Below, in pieces: positions 53,298 to 63,923 of a stretch of 64,000 nt of DNA. The notes under the pieces are model-generated. The model saw only the letters and a list, made by a program, of their open reading frames with translations, was not told the DNA's origin and did not search any database. A program made the position numbers and the translations under genes. Origin of the DNA: Christensenellaceae bacterium (GTDB lineage Bacteria; Bacillota; Clostridia; Christensenellales; Borkfalkiaceae). The stretch covers positions 40,721-104,720 of the forward strand of contig JAZSKQ010000009.1 in assembly GCA_045534905.1 (NCBI GenBank), in the 5' to 3' direction. Each line of letters starts with the position of its first letter. The first letter of the stretch is position 1.

Positions 53298-53360
53298 TCC
53301 TCAAATTTTTCGACACACACGGCAGAGTTGCATAAAGTTAGGAAAAGGAGAAAAAACAAA

Positions 53361-53660
53361 ATGGCAAGTCAAAAAATCAGAATCAAATTAATGTCATACG
53401 ATAGTGAAATGCTCGACACTGCAGCATCAAGAATCGTAGAAACCATGAAGAAATCGGGCGCAAAGATAAGTGGACCTATTCCACTACCGACCGAAAAAGA
53501 AATCGTAACTATTCTTCGTTCACCACACAAATATAAGGATTCGAGAGAACAGTTCGAAATTAGAACCCACAAAAGACTTATTGACATTTACTCGCCAAAC
53601 GTTAAGTTACTTGACAGCATTAACTTACCTGCGGGCGTAGATATCAAAATCAAATTGTAA
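53361..53660 (+). CDS. rpsJ: 30S ribosomal protein S10
   Basis: Starts [20 protein letters not shown]-like RBS is upstream. The ORF-track extension back to 53286 runs through the leader hairpin. Confidence 0.93.
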   Translation: MASQKIRIKLMSYDSEMLDTAASRIVETMKKSGAKISGPIPLPTEKEIVTILRSPHKYKDSREQFEIRTHKRLIDIYSPNVKLLDSINLPAGVDIKIKL

Positions 53661-53703
53661 ACAATTAAACATTATATAATATTATCGGAGGTGAACTTTA
53701 TCT

Positions 53704-54336
53704 ATGAATAAAGCAATCATTGGTAGAAAACTTGGTATGACCCAAGTATTCACAGCAGACGGCAAAGTTATTCCGGTAACGGTTATCGAGGCTGGTCCTT
53801 GTCCCGTTGTTCAGGTAAAAACTTTGGAAAGAGACGGTTATTCCGCAGTTAAACTCGGATTTGACCAAGTTGATGAAAAGAAGTTAAATAAACCCCAAGC
53901 AGGCTTATTTAAGAAAGCAGGTGTTCCTGCACAAAAAGTTTTGAAGGAATTCAAACTTGACGGTGCAGAAAGCATGACTGTAGGAAGCGTAGTAACTTGC
54001 GATACTTTTAGTGACGGCGACAAAATCGACGTATCTGGTATCACCAAGGGTCACGGTTTCTCGGGTGTTATTAAGAGATGGAATCATCACAGATTAAAAG
54101 AAACTCACGGTGTAGGTCCTGTACACAGAGAAGTTGGTTCTTTAGGTGCAATCAGCTCGCCTTCAAGAGTTTTTAAGAATCACAAGATGCCTGGTCAATA
54201 CGGTCACGAAAACGTAACCATATTGAACTTGGAAATAGTAAAAGTCGACAAGGAAAGAAACGTACTTTTAGTTAAAGGTGCGGTTCCGGGTCCGGTAAAG
54301 GGTATCGTATTTATTAGAGATACCGTTAAAGCGTAA
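53704..54336 (+). CDS. rplC: 50S ribosomal protein L3
   Basis: Translation (GRKLGMTQVF..) and conserved operon position. Confidence 0.95.
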   Translation: MNKAIIGRKLGMTQVFTADGKVIPVTVIEAGPCPVVQVKTLERDGYSAVKLGFDQVDEKKLNKPQAGLFKKAGVPAQKVLKEFKLDGAESMTVGSVVTCDTFSDGDKIDVSGITKGHGFSGVIKRWNHHRLKETHGVGPVHREVGSLGAISSPSRVFKNHKMPGQYGHENVTILNLEIVKVDKERNVLLVKGAVPGPVKGIVFIRDTVKA

Positions 54337-54347
54337 GGAGAACGAAT

Positions 54348-54974
54348 ATGCCAAGTGTTAAGTTATACAATATGAAGGCTGACGAAGTAGGCACTTTAGA
54401 ACTTAAAGACGCTTTGTTTAATGCTGAATTTAACGAATCAGTAATTCATCAGGCTGTCGTTACCAGACTTGCAAACGAAAGACAAGGTACCAAAAGTACT
54501 CTTACCCGTTCTGAAGTTCGTGGTGGCGGTGCAAAACCTTATAGACAAAAAGGTACCGGTAGAGCAAGACAAGGTTCTACCAGAAGTCCTCAATGGATTC
54601 ACGGTGGCGTAGTATTCGCACCGAAGTCAAGAGACTTCTCAAAGAAAATGAACGTATCTGCAAAGAGAGTTGCTCTTTTCTCAGCACTTTCTCAAAAGAT
54701 TCGTGAAGACGAAGTTATCTTTATTGATGATATAAAGGTATCTGCGCCTAAGACCAAAGAGATGGTTGCTTTCTTAAAAGCTTTCAATCTCGAAAAGACC
54801 GTTTTAGTAGTAATGGATAACAACGATGAAGCAGTATTAAAAGCATGTGCAAACATCAAAGCAGTAAGTACTCTTCCAGTTGACCAAATCAACACTTACG
54901 ACGTTGTTAAGAACGCAAAGGTTGTAATCTCTAAAAAGGCTGTTGAAAAAATTCAGGAGGTCTACGGAGAATAA
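54348..54974 (+). CDS. rplD: 50S ribosomal protein L4
   Basis: Translation (..RGGGAKPYRQKGTGRARQGS..) and operon position. Confidence 0.95.
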   Translation: MPSVKLYNMKADEVGTLELKDALFNAEFNESVIHQAVVTRLANERQGTKSTLTRSEVRGGGAKPYRQKGTGRARQGSTRSPQWIHGGVVFAPKSRDFSKKMNVSAKRVALFSALSQKIREDEVIFIDDIKVSAPKTKEMVAFLKAFNLEKTVLVVMDNNDEAVLKACANIKAVSTLPVDQINTYDVVKNAKVVISKKAVEKIQEVYGE

Positions 54975-55264
54975 TGGCTGCACACGATATAATAATTAAA
55001 CCCATTCTTTCTGAAAAGAGTTATGCGGGTATTAAGGATAAGAAATATTCCTTTGTAGTAAGAAAAGATGCAAACAAAACGCAGATTAAACTCGCTATTG
55101 AAGAAATTTTCGGCGTAGTTGTAGAAAAAGTTAATACTGCGAACGTTCACGGTAAGTTGAAGAGACAAGGTAAGTACGAAGGTTACACTTCCGACTATAA
55201 AAAGGCTGTCGTTCAACTTAAAGAGGATAGTAAATCGATTGAATTCTTCGATTCGTTGTCCTAA
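54974..55264 (+). CDS. rplW: 50S ribosomal protein L23
   Basis: Translation and operon position. Confidence 0.93.
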   Translation: MAAHDIIIKPILSEKSYAGIKDKKYSFVVRKDANKTQIKLAIEEIFGVVVEKVNTANVHGKLKRQGKYEGYTSDYKKAVVQLKEDSKSIEFFDSLS

Positions 55265-55282
55265 TTAACGGAGGGTAGATAA

Positions 55283-56110
55283 ATGGCTATTAAGAGATAT
55301 AAACCTACTTCGGCTGCACGTCGTTTCATGACTGTAAGTGCATTCGAAGGAATTAGTAAAGTTAAGCCGGAAAAATCTCTTCTCGAAGATCAGAGAAAGA
55401 GTGGCGGTAGAAACTCACAAGGTAAAATCACTGTACGTCACATTGGTGGCGGTAACAGAAGAAAGTACCGTATAATTGACTTTAAGCGTGCAAAGGACGG
55501 CGTACCAGCAGTAGTAAAAACTATTGAATACGATCCGAACAGAAGTGCAAACATTGCTCTTTTACAATACGCTGACGGTTCAAAGGCATACATTTTAGCA
55601 CCTATCGGTCTTAACGTAGGTGATAAGGTAATGAGTGGTGCAACTGCTGACATTAAGGTTGGTAACGCATTGCAATTAAAAGATATTCCCGTTGGTACCA
55701 TGGTACACAATATCGAAATGCAACCTGGTAAAGGTGGTCAAATCGCAAGAGCAGCGGGTATGAGCGCACAAATAATGGCTCGTGACGAAAAATACGTTAC
55801 CTTAAAGATGCCGAGTGGCGAAATGAGATATATTCTTGCAACTTGTAAGGCAACTATCGGACAAGTTGGTAACATGGAACACGAAATCATCAGAATCGGT
55901 AAGGCAGGTAAAACCAGATACTTAGGTATTCGTCCTACCGTACGTGGTGTAGTAATGAACCCGTGTGATCACCCGCACGGTGGTGGTGAAGGTAAGTCGC
56001 CTATCGGTATGCCAAGTCCTGTAACTCCGTGGGGTAAACCCGCACTTGGTTACAAGACCAGAAAGCGTAAGAAATCGTCCAGCAAACTTATCATTACTAG
56101 GATAAATTAA
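55283..56110 (+). CDS. rplB: 50S ribosomal protein L2
   Basis: Translation (..[14 protein letters not shown]..) and operon position. Confidence 0.95.
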   Translation: MAIKRYKPTSAARRFMTVSAFEGISKVKPEKSLLEDQRKSGGRNSQGKITVRHIGGGNRRKYRIIDFKRAKDGVPAVVKTIEYDPNRSANIALLQYADGSKAYILAPIGLNVGDKVMSGATADIKVGNALQLKDIPVGTMVHNIEMQPGKGGQIARAAGMSAQIMARDEKYVTLKMPSGEMRYILATCKATIGQVGNMEHEIIRIGKAGKTRYLGIRPTVRGVVMNPCDHPHGGGEGKSPIGMPSPVTPWGKPALGYKTRKRKKSSSKLIITRIN

Positions 56111-56120
56111 GGAGAACGAT

Positions 56121-56399
56121 ATGTCTAGAAGCGTTAAAAAAGGTCCTTATGTAGAACCTAAACTCTTAAAAAGAGTAGAAGAATTAAACGAAAAGAATGA
56201 AAAGAAAGTATTGAAGACGTGGTCAAGATCGTCAACTATATTCCCGCAAATGGTAGGTCATACTATTGCAGTATATGACGGCAGAAAACACGTTCCAGTA
56301 TATGTAACTGAAGACATGGTAGGATGTAAACTCGGCGAATTTGCCCCAACTAGAACGTTTAAGGGACACGGCGGTGAAAAATCCACCTCTGCAAGATAA
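56121..56399 (+). CDS. rpsS: 30S ribosomal protein S19
   Basis: Translation ([11 protein letters not shown]..) and operon position. Confidence 0.95.
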   Translation: MSRSVKKGPYVEPKLLKRVEELNEKNEKKVLKTWSRSSTIFPQMVGHTIAVYDGRKHVPVYVTEDMVGCKLGEFAPTRTFKGHGGEKSTSAR

Positions 56400-56411
56400 G
56401 GAGAGAGTTAA

Positions 56412-56798
56412 ATGGCTAAGAATATGAAAGAAAAAGCCGCAAGAATTGCGGAAACTAAAGATAGACGTCCTAGAGCGGTTGCTAAGCACGTTCGTATTTC
56501 TCCTTATAAAGTGAGAATTGTGCTTGACTTAATCAGAGGTAAAGACTTAAGAGAAGCTGTTGCGATTTTGGAAAATACTCCCAAGTCTGCATCAGAACCC
56601 GTAAGAAAACTTCTTAACTCTGCTGCAGCTAACGCAGAACACAATCTCGGAATGAGCAAAGATAGCTTATTCGTAGCGGTAGCTTATGCTGACCAAGGTC
56701 CAACTCTTAAAAGAGTTATGCCGAGGGCTCAAGGTAGAGCGTTTAGAATATTAAAGCGTACCAGCCACATCACCGTGGTTTTGGATGCTAGGGCATAG
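56412..56798 (+). CDS. rplV: 50S ribosomal protein L22
   Basis: Translation and operon position. Confidence 0.93.
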   Translation: MAKNMKEKAARIAETKDRRPRAVAKHVRISPYKVRIVLDLIRGKDLREAVAILENTPKSASEPVRKLLNSAAANAEHNLGMSKDSLFVAVAYADQGPTLKRVMPRAQGRAFRILKRTSHITVVLDARA

Positions 56799-56809
56799 GA
56801 GGAAGAGTT

Positions 56810-57472
56810 ATGGGACAAAAAGTTAACCCGCACGGTTTAAGAGTCGGAATTATCAAAGATTGGGATTCTCATTGGTTTGTTGACAAGAAAGAATTTGCTG
56901 CAAACATTAAAGAAGATAACGAAATCCGTAACGTATTAAAGAAAAAGTATTATCAAGCTGCAATTTCTAAGATTGAAATTGAAAGGGCTGCATCAAGAAT
57001 CACCCTTACAATTTTCACTGCACGTCCTGGTGTGCTTATTGGTAAACAAGGCGCAGAAATTGAAGTAATAAAGAAGACTGTATTAAAGATTTGCAAAGGT
57101 AAACAAATTTCCGTTAATATTTCGGAAGTTAAAAAGCCTGATGCTGATGCTACTTTAGTTGCAGAAGGTATTGCTGGTCAAATTGAAAAGCGTGTATCCT
57201 TCAGACGTGCAATGAAGCAAGCAATCTCAAGAAGTATGAGAAGCGGTATCAAGGGTATTAAGGTTATGGTAAGTGGAAGACTTGACGGTGCTGAAATCGC
57301 AAGATCTGAAAACTATCATGAAGGTTCAATTCCGCTACAAACCTTAAGAGCAGATATTGAATACGGTTTCGCAGAAGCACACACCACCTTCGGTGTAATC
57401 GGTATTAAGTGCTGGATTTACAAAGGTGAAGTTATAGGTGCTCCTAAAAAGAAGGAAGGAGGCGAGCAATAA
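56810..57472 (+). CDS. rpsC: 30S ribosomal protein S3
   Basis: Translation ([13 protein letters not shown]..) and operon position. Confidence 0.95.
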   Translation: MGQKVNPHGLRVGIIKDWDSHWFVDKKEFAANIKEDNEIRNVLKKKYYQAAISKIEIERAASRITLTIFTARPGVLIGKQGAEIEVIKKTVLKICKGKQISVNISEVKKPDADATLVAEGIAGQIEKRVSFRRAMKQAISRSMRSGIKGIKVMVSGRLDGAEIARSENYHEGSIPLQTLRADIEYGFAEAHTTFGVIGIKCWIYKGEVIGAPKKKEGGEQ

Positions 57473-57474
57473 TT

Positions 57475-57918
57475 ATGTTGATGCCTAAACGTGTTAAAAG
57501 AAGAAGAGTACATCGTGGCAGAATGACCGGTAAGTGCAATAAAGGTAATATTATTGCTTACGGTGATTACGGTTTAGTAGCAACCGAACCAGGTTGGATT
57601 AAATCAAATCAAATCGAAGCAGCCCGTATCGCTATGACTAGATTCATTAAGCGTGGTGGTAAAGTTTGGATTGATATATTCCCCCACAAACCTATAACCA
57701 AAAAACCTGCCGATAGCCGTATGGGTAGCGGTAAAGGTTCAGTTGAATATTGGGTAGCAGTAGTAAAGCCGGGCAGAGTATTATTCGAAATGGCTGGCGT
57801 TACTGAAGAACAAGCAAAAGAAGCAATGCGTCTTGCAGGTCATAAGCTTCCGGTTAAAACCAAGTTTATGAAGAAGGCAGTTGCACAAGAAATTATTGAA
57901 GAAGGCGGTGAAGATTAA
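57475..57918 (+). CDS. rplP: 50S ribosomal protein L16
   Basis: Translation ([11 protein letters not shown]..) and operon position. Confidence 0.95.
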   Translation: MLMPKRVKRRRVHRGRMTGKCNKGNIIAYGDYGLVATEPGWIKSNQIEAARIAMTRFIKRGGKVWIDIFPHKPITKKPADSRMGSGKGSVEYWVAVVKPGRVLFEMAGVTEEQAKEAMRLAGHKLPVKTKFMKKAVAQEIIEEGGED

Positions 57919-58112
57919 TGAAAACGAAAGAACTTCACGAATTAACCGTTGACGAATTAAACACGAAGTTAAAGGAACTCAAAGAAGAATTATTTAATCT
58001 TCGTTTCCGTCACGCAATCGGACAACTCGAAAATCCGGCATCCCTTAACACTTGCAAAAAAGATATTGCAAAGGTAAAGACCATTTTAAGACAAAGGGAA
58101 TTACAGGCGTAG
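57918..58112 (+). CDS. rpmC: 50S ribosomal protein L29
   Basis: Translation and operon position. Confidence 0.93.
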   Translation: MKTKELHELTVDELNTKLKELKEELFNLRFRHAIGQLENPASLNTCKKDIAKVKTILRQRELQA

Positions 58113-58124
58113 GAGTAGAGAAAT

Positions 58125-58379
58125 ATGGAAAGAAATTTAAGAAAAGAAAGAGTCGGAATCGTTGTTTCCGATAAGATGGATAAAACCGTGGTTGTAGCTA
58201 TCGAAGAAAGATATAAACACCCCCTTTACAAGAAAACGGTTAAAAAGACTCACAAATTCAAAGCGCACGACGAAATGAATCAATGTGGCAAGGGCGATAA
58301 GGTACTTATTGCTGAAACCAGAAAGCTCTCTAAGGATAAGAACTGGAGAGTTGTTGAAATCATTGAAAAGGCGAAGTAA
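58125..58379 (+). CDS. rpsQ: 30S ribosomal protein S17
   Basis: Translation and operon position. Confidence 0.93.
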   Translation: MERNLRKERVGIVVSDKMDKTVVVAIEERYKHPLYKKTVKKTHKFKAHDEMNQCGKGDKVLIAETRKLSKDKNWRVVEIIEKAK

Positions 58380-58390
58380 GGAGGCATTAA

Positions 58391-58759
58391 ATGATACAAA
58401 CATTTACTAGATTAAAAGCAGCCGACAACTCCGGTGCTAAAGAAATAATGTGTATTAAAGTGCTTGGCGGTTCCTTCAGAAGATGCGGAAACATTGGCGA
58501 CGTTATCGTTGCAAGTGTTAAGACTGCAACCCCTGGTGGTGCAGTTAAGAAGGGCGACGTAGTAAAGGCTGTTATCGTAAGGTCAACCAGTGGTGTAAGA
58601 AGAAAAGACGGCACCTACGTAAGATTTGACGAAAATGCAGCAGTTATTATCGATTCACAAAAACAGCCGAAGGGCACTCGTATCTTTGGGCCTATTGCGA
58701 GAGAACTCCGTGATAAAGACTATATGCGTATAATCTCGCTTGCACCTGAAGTATTATAA
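58391..58759 (+). CDS. rplN: 50S ribosomal protein L14
   Basis: Translation ([18 protein letters not shown]..) and operon position. Confidence 0.95.
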   Translation: MIQTFTRLKAADNSGAKEIMCIKVLGGSFRRCGNIGDVIVASVKTATPGGAVKKGDVVKAVIVRSTSGVRRKDGTYVRFDENAAVIIDSQKQPKGTRIFGPIARELRDKDYMRIISLAPEVL

Positions 58760-58770
58760 GGAGAAGACCA

Positions 58771-59178
58771 ATGAAAGTTAAAAAGAACGATACGGTTTTG
58801 GTTTTGACCGGTAAAGATGCTGGTAAAACCGCTAAAGTTTTAGTGGCTATTCCTAAGAGTGGCAAGGTTGTTGTTGACGGTATTAACGTTCAAAAGAAGC
58901 ACAAGAAGGCAAGAACTGCACAAGAAGTTAGTGCGATACAAAACCAATCAGGTGCTATCGACGCTTCAAACGTAATGGTTGTTTGCCCTGTTTGCAACAA
59001 GGCTACCAGAGTAGCTTATAAAGTAGAAGGCGACAAGAAAGTTCGTCTTTGCAAAAAATGCGGTGCTGTATTAGACGGCGCTAAAGAGGCTAAAGAAGTA
59101 AAGAAAGCCGCTACCGCAAAGAAAAAGACTGCAACGAAGAAGGCAACCAAAAAAGTTGCTGAAACCGATGCAGAATAA
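58771..59178 (+). CDS. rplX: 50S ribosomal protein L24 (long form with CxxC...CxxC motif and Lys/Ala-rich C-terminal tail)
   Basis: KOW-type N-terminus MKVKKNDTVLVLTGKDAGKT and operon position. 135 aa against roughly 103 aa typical. Confidence 0.93.
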   Translation: MKVKKNDTVLVLTGKDAGKTAKVLVAIPKSGKVVVDGINVQKKHKKARTAQEVSAIQNQSGAIDASNVMVVCPVCNKATRVAYKVEGDKKVRLCKKCGAVLDGAKEAKEVKKAATAKKKTATKKATKKVAETDAE

Positions 59179-59195
59179 GGCGGAGGTAAATTAAG

Positions 59196-59747
59196 ATGGC
59201 AGAACTTAATAGAATTAAGGAAACGTATAAAGCAAGCGTAGTTCCGGCACTTATTAAAAAGTTCAATTATAAGAACGTAAACCAAGTACCGAAGCTCGAA
59301 AAAATCACCATTAACTCCGGACTTGGCGACGTAAAGGACAATTCAAAAAGTGTTCAACTCGCACAAGAAGAATTAAAGCAAATTGCAGGTCAAAAGCCGG
59401 TACTTACCGCTGCAAAGAAGTCAGTTGCTAACTTCAAAATTAGAGAAGGACAACACGTTGGTATGAAAGTTACTCTCCGTGGAACTAGAATGTACGAATT
59501 TTTTGATAAACTCGTGTCAATCGCACTTCCCAGAGTAAGAGACTTCCGTGGTGTATCTAAGAATTCTTTTGATGGTAGAGGTAACTACTCAATGGGTGTT
59601 AAGGAACAACTCATATTCCCTGAAATTTCTTACGATCAAGTAGAAAAAATCAGAGGATTTGATATTTGTATTACCACTACGGCTAATACTGACGAAGAAG
59701 CAAGAGAACTTCTCGCTCTTCTCGGAATGCCCTTTGCAACGAAGTAA
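59196..59747 (+). CDS. rplE: 50S ribosomal protein L5
   Basis: Translation and operon position. Confidence 0.95.
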   Translation: MAELNRIKETYKASVVPALIKKFNYKNVNQVPKLEKITINSGLGDVKDNSKSVQLAQEELKQIAGQKPVLTAAKKSVANFKIREGQHVGMKVTLRGTRMYEFFDKLVSIALPRVRDFRGVSKNSFDGRGNYSMGVKEQLIFPEISYDQVEKIRGFDICITTTANTDEEARELLALLGMPFATK

Positions 59748-59765
59748 GGAAAAGGAGTTTATAAC

Positions 59766-59951
59766 ATGGCTAAAAAATCAATGATAAACAAGCAGCAAAA
59801 ACCTGCTAAATTTTCCACCAGAGCCTACACAAGATGTAGCATATGCGGTCGTCCGCACGCAGTTCTCCGCAAGTACGGTATTTGCCGTATTTGTTTCAGA
59901 AATCTTGCCTACAAAGGTCAGATTCCCGGAGTTAAGAAGGCAAGCTGGTAA
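59766..59951 (+). CDS. rpsN: 30S ribosomal protein S14, short zinc-binding type Z
   Basis: 61 aa, with CSICGR...CRICFR. Confidence 0.93.
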   Translation: MAKKSMINKQQKPAKFSTRAYTRCSICGRPHAVLRKYGICRICFRNLAYKGQIPGVKKASW

Positions 59952-59965
59952 AGGAGGAGAAGAAA

Positions 59966-60352
59966 ATGACAGACGTAATAGCAGATATGCTTACTAGAAT
60001 CAGAAATGCACTTTCTGCAAAGCATGATACTGTAGAAATCCCTGCTTCTAACACTAAGAAAGCTATCGCTGATATATTACTTAAAGAAGGTTATGTAAGC
60101 GACGTTAAGGTTGAAGAAGGTGTACAAGGCACTATCGTAATTACCTTAAAGTATGAAAAAGGTAGAAGCGTTATTACCGGATTAAAGAGAGTAAGTAAAC
60201 CGGGTCTTAGAGTATACGTAGGTACTGATGAAGTTCCTCAAGTACTCGGTGGTCTCGGAATTGCAGTTTTATCCACTTCAAAGGGTATAATGACTGGAAA
60301 AGATGCTAAAAAAGCGCATCAAGGTGGCGAGGTTCTCGCTTACGTATGGTAA
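59966..60352 (+). CDS. rpsH: 30S ribosomal protein S8
   Basis: Translation ([15 protein letters not shown]..) and operon position. Confidence 0.95.
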   Translation: MTDVIADMLTRIRNALSAKHDTVEIPASNTKKAIADILLKEGYVSDVKVEEGVQGTIVITLKYEKGRSVITGLKRVSKPGLRVYVGTDEVPQVLGGLGIAVLSTSKGIMTGKDAKKAHQGGEVLAYVW

Positions 60353-60366
60353 GGAGGTAGAAGAAT

Positions 60367-60909
60367 ATGTCAAGAATTGGAAATGCTCATATTACTATTC
60401 CTGCCGGTGTGCAAATTGAAGTTAAAGATAACGTAATTACCGTTAAAGGACCTAAGGGTACTTTAAGTCAGGCTTACGACCCCATTATTACTCCGGTAAT
60501 CAATGGAAACGATCTTGTATTTACCAGAGCTAACGAACTTTCTGATACCAAAGCAAAACACGGTTTATATAGAGCACTTACCTTCAATATGGTAAAAGGC
60601 GTAACTGAAGGTTATACCAAAAAGCTCATCGTTAACGGTGTTGGTTGGAAGGTAGCAAAGCAAGGAAATAAAGTTGTAATGAACGTAGGTTTCTCTCACC
60701 CAATTGAAGTTGAAGAAATCGAAGGTATTGCTTTAGATTGTCCTGCTTTCAACGAAATCGTTGTAAGTGGTATCAATAAAGAAGCAGTTGGTCAATTTGC
60801 GGCAAAGGTCCGTGATTTGAGAAAACCTGAACCATACCACGGCTACGGTATCAGATATTCTGATGAAGTAATCGAACGTAAGGTTGGTAAAGCTGCAGGC
60901 TCGAAGTAA
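60367..60909 (+). CDS. rplF: 50S ribosomal protein L6
   Basis: Translation (MSRIGNAHITIPAGV..) and operon position. Confidence 0.95.
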   Translation: MSRIGNAHITIPAGVQIEVKDNVITVKGPKGTLSQAYDPIITPVINGNDLVFTRANELSDTKAKHGLYRALTFNMVKGVTEGYTKKLIVNGVGWKVAKQGNKVVMNVGFSHPIEVEEIEGIALDCPAFNEIVVSGINKEAVGQFAAKVRDLRKPEPYHGYGIRYSDEVIERKVGKAAGSK

Positions 60910-61006
60910 TATTTAATTAAGCTTTTAGTGGATGCGTATTTGGTTGCGCATCTGCTGAGTGTGGCTTGATTGGTCACGAAAAGTTATTAAATTAGGAGAA
61001 TTAAAA

Positions 61007-61375
61007 ATGGTTACGAAAATCGATAAGAACCAAGATAGACAAAAAAGACATTTAAGAGTAAGAAACAAAGTAAAGGGTACTGCAAGTACTCCAAGACTTT
61101 CAGTTTATAGAAGCTTAAACCACATTTACGCACAAATTATTGACGACGTAAAGGGTAACACTTTAGTAACTGCATCTACTCTTGATAAAGAAATTAAAGG
61201 AACTTTAGAAGGAAAAGACAAGAAAGCACAAGCTTTTGCAGTTGGTGAACTTCTTGCAAAGAAGGCAAAGTCGAAGAAGATTAAAGCGGTTGTTTTTGAC
61301 AGAGGCGGATATCTTTACACCGGTCGTGTTGCGAATCTCGCAGACGGCGCAAGAAAAGGTGGCTTAGAGTTTTAA
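61007..61375 (+). CDS. rplR: 50S ribosomal protein L18
   Basis: AGGAG RBS upstream. Starts [21 protein letters not shown]. The ORF-track GTG start at 60959 would add 16 atypical residues. Confidence 0.9.
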   Translation: MVTKIDKNQDRQKRHLRVRNKVKGTASTPRLSVYRSLNHIYAQIIDDVKGNTLVTASTLDKEIKGTLEGKDKKAQAFAVGELLAKKAKSKKIKAVVFDRGGYLYTGRVANLADGARKGGLEF

Positions 61376-61393
61376 TTTAAGGAGATATGAAAA

Positions 61394-61915
61394 ATGGCAA
61401 GAGATAATAACAGAGCGCCGAGAAGATCGGAAGAAAACGACGGTTTAATTAAAAAGTTAATCGCTGTTAACCGTGTATCAAAGACGGTTAAGGGTGGTAG
61501 AAATATGAGATTTGCCGCACTTGTCGTTGTTGGTGATGGAAACGGAAAGGTAGGCTGTGCAATAGGTAAGTCTAACGAAGTTCCAGAAGCAATTGATAAG
61601 GCAACTGCTAGAGCAAAGAAAAATATGTTTGCTTGTTCACTTTTAGGAACCAGTATCCCGCACGAAGTAATTGGTAAATTCGGCAGAGGTTCAGTACTTA
61701 TGCTCCCTGCTGCAGAAGGTACCGGTGTTATCGCAGGTGGTCCTGTTCGTTCAGTTATGGAAGCTGTTGGTATTAAAAACATCAGAACCAAATCACACGG
61801 AACTAACAACCCGATAAACTGTGTAAAAGCAGCAATTGAAGGCTTAAAAGCTTTACGTTCTGCAGAACAAATTGCAGAAATCCGCGGTAAAACCGTGGAA
61901 GAAATCAACGGTTAA
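61394..61915 (+). CDS. rpsE: 30S ribosomal protein S5
   Basis: Translation (..[13 protein letters not shown]..) and operon position. Confidence 0.95.
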   Translation: MARDNNRAPRRSEENDGLIKKLIAVNRVSKTVKGGRNMRFAALVVVGDGNGKVGCAIGKSNEVPEAIDKATARAKKNMFACSLLGTSIPHEVIGKFGRGSVLMLPAAEGTGVIAGGPVRSVMEAVGIKNIRTKSHGTNNPINCVKAAIEGLKALRSAEQIAEIRGKTVEEING

Positions 61916-61928
61916 GGAGGATACTTTC

Positions 61929-62126
61929 ATGGCTAAAAAAACCGAAGCGAACAAAATTAAAGTTACGCTTGTAAAAAGTACGATTGCTATCTTACCGCAA
62001 CATAAAAAAATAGTAGCGGCGTTAGGACTTAAAAAGATTCGTTCTTTCAACGTATTTGACGAAAATCCCGCTATTTTGGGAATGATAGACAAGGTTAAAT
62101 ACCTCGTCAAAGTAGAAAAAGCTTAA
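61929..62126 (+). CDS. rpmD: 50S ribosomal protein L30
   Basis: AAGGAGG RBS at 61914-61920. Starts MAKKTEANKIKVTLVKS. The ORF-track start at 61872 overlaps rpsE. Confidence 0.9.
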   Translation: MAKKTEANKIKVTLVKSTIAILPQHKKIVAALGLKKIRSFNVFDENPAILGMIDKVKYLVKVEKA

Positions 62127-62167
62127 TTTTCGGCTTTGATAAAAACTTTTAACAAGGAGCAATTAAC

Positions 62168-62614
62168 ATGAGAATAGATACTATAAGTCCTGCACAAGGT
62201 TCTACAACTCCGGCAAAAAGACTCGGTCGTGGTATCGGCTCGGGTCTCGGTAAGACCAGTGGTAAAGGACATAAAGGACAATGGGCAAGAAGCGGTGGCG
62301 GTGTACGTCCAGGATTTGAAGGCGGTCAAATGCCTTTAATCAGAAGGGTACCGAAACGTGGCTTCAACAATCATTTCAAAAAGGCATATAGCCTTGTAAA
62401 TCTTTCAGTCCTTGAAGGATTTGAAAACGGCGCAGTTATTGATATTGACGTACTTAATCAAAAAGGATTAGTTAAAATTGTTAAGGATTGCGTAGGCTTA
62501 AAGGTTCTCGGCGACGGTACTTTAACTAAGTCGTTAACTGTAAAAGCATCAGCTTTCTCTGCATCAGCAAAAGAGGCAATTGAAAAGGCCGGCGGTACGG
62601 CAGAAAAAATTTAA
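62168..62614 (+). CDS. rplO: 50S ribosomal protein L15
   Basis: Translation (..GRGIGSGLGKTSGKGHKGQ..) and operon position. Confidence 0.95.
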   Translation: MRIDTISPAQGSTTPAKRLGRGIGSGLGKTSGKGHKGQWARSGGGVRPGFEGGQMPLIRRVPKRGFNNHFKKAYSLVNLSVLEGFENGAVIDIDVLNQKGLVKIVKDCVGLKVLGDGTLTKSLTVKASAFSASAKEAIEKAGGTAEKI

Positions 62615-62635
62615 CACTGATTTTTGGAGGCTTTT

Positions 62636-63922
62636 ATGTGGCAGACAATAGTCAATGCATTTAAGATAAAAGAAGTCAGAAGAAAGATACTTATAACCAT
62701 CGGTTTATTATTTATCTATAGACTTGGTTGCTATATCCCGGTACCGGGCGTAAACATGTTTACGGGTCTTTCTGAATACAACTTCTTAAGCATAATGAGT
62801 GCCGTATCAGGCGGTGCTTTACAATACGGTACTTTCTTTGCGATGGGTATCGGGCCTTATATTAACGCGTCCATTATTATTCAACTTTTAACGGTCGGAA
62901 TTCCTGCACTTGAAAGACTTTCCAAGCAAGGTGAAGAAGGTAAAAAGAAAATTAATTCTTTAACCAGATTATTAACCTTAATATTGGCGATTGCACAAGC
63001 AATCGGTATTATTGCAGGATTCAGTAGCGAAATTGATACTACCAAGATATTCAATACTGCTGGTAACAGCGTTTTCCTTGAATATATGAGCTATGCATTA
63101 CTCGTAATCATTTATGCTGCGGGTGCGGCACTTACAATGTGGATCGGTGAAAGAATCACCGACTACGGCGTATCAAACGGTATATCACTTTTAATTTTCG
63201 CAGGTATTTTATCAACTGCAGGTACTACCATTTTAGGTATGTTTACTAACTGGAACGATTCTTCTTTATGGATTATCATTGGTTTCGTTATTACTGCAGT
63301 AGTTATCTTCGGTGCAATCGTTACTGTTGAAAGTGCGGAAAGAAAAATACCCGTACAATACGCAAAGCAAGTTAAAGGAAGAAAAATGTATGGTGGTCAA
63401 TCCACTCACATTCCAATCAAAGTAAATTCAAGTGGCGTTATGCCTTTGATATTTGCGTTCTCTATCTTAAGTTTCCCCGATTTAATTATTAACTTAGTCG
63501 GTGGAACTACCCAATCAACTTGGTGGGGTAGAAACGTTGGTACCGGTTCATGGGTTTACATGGTAATTCTTTGCTTATTAATCTTATTCTTTGCATATTT
63601 TTACAATCAAATTCAGTTTAATCCTGATGACGTAAGTAAGAGTATTCAAGGAAACGGTGGTTTCATACCTGGTACTAGACCTGGTAAACCCACGGCAGAT
63701 TATTTAAGAAGAATATCCAATAGAATAACCTTATTCGGAGCGATATTCTTGGCAATTTTAGCGCTTGTTCCTTCCGCAATATTTAAGGCAATAGGTGGAA
63801 CCGGACTTATGAACGTATTCAGTGCTACCGGATTATTGATTATCGTATCGGTTGCTCTTGAATTCGAACAAGCATTGCAATCACAAATCATGATGAAGAA
63901 TTACAAGGGGTTCTTGAAGTAA
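62636..63922 (+). CDS. secY: Preprotein translocase subunit SecY
   Basis: Starts MWQTIVNAFKIKEVRRKILITIGLLFIYRLG. 10-TM pattern. GGAGG RBS at 62626-62630. The ORF-track TTG start is 62624. Confidence 0.93.
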   Translation: MWQTIVNAFKIKEVRRKILITIGLLFIYRLGCYIPVPGVNMFTGLSEYNFLSIMSAVSGGALQYGTFFAMGIGPYINASIIIQLLTVGIPALERLSKQGEEGKKKINSLTRLLTLILAIAQAIGIIAGFSSEIDTTKIFNTAGNSVFLEYMSYALLVIIYAAGAALTMWIGERITDYGVSNGISLLIFAGILSTAGTTILGMFTNWNDSSLWIIIGFVITAVVIFGAIVTVESAERKIPVQYAKQVKGRKMYGGQSTHIPIKVNSSGVMPLIFAFSILSFPDLIINLVGGTTQSTWWGRNVGTGSWVYMVILCLLILFFAYFYNQIQFNPDDVSKSIQGNGGFIPGTRPGKPTADYLRRISNRITLFGAIFLAILALVPSAIFKAIGGTGLMNVFSATGLLIIVSVALEFEQALQSQIMMKNYKGFLK

Positions 63923-63923
63923 A

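Noticed and set aside
53286-53360. N-terminal extension of rpsJ from the ORF track (start 53286)
   Set aside because: It begins inside the leader hairpin and T run and adds 25 non-conserved residues. The canonical S10 start [10 protein letters not shown] has a proper RBS.
61372-61908. 178-aa minus-strand ORF
   Set aside because: It is antisense to rpsE inside the ribosomal operon. It reflects the codon bias of the sense strand.
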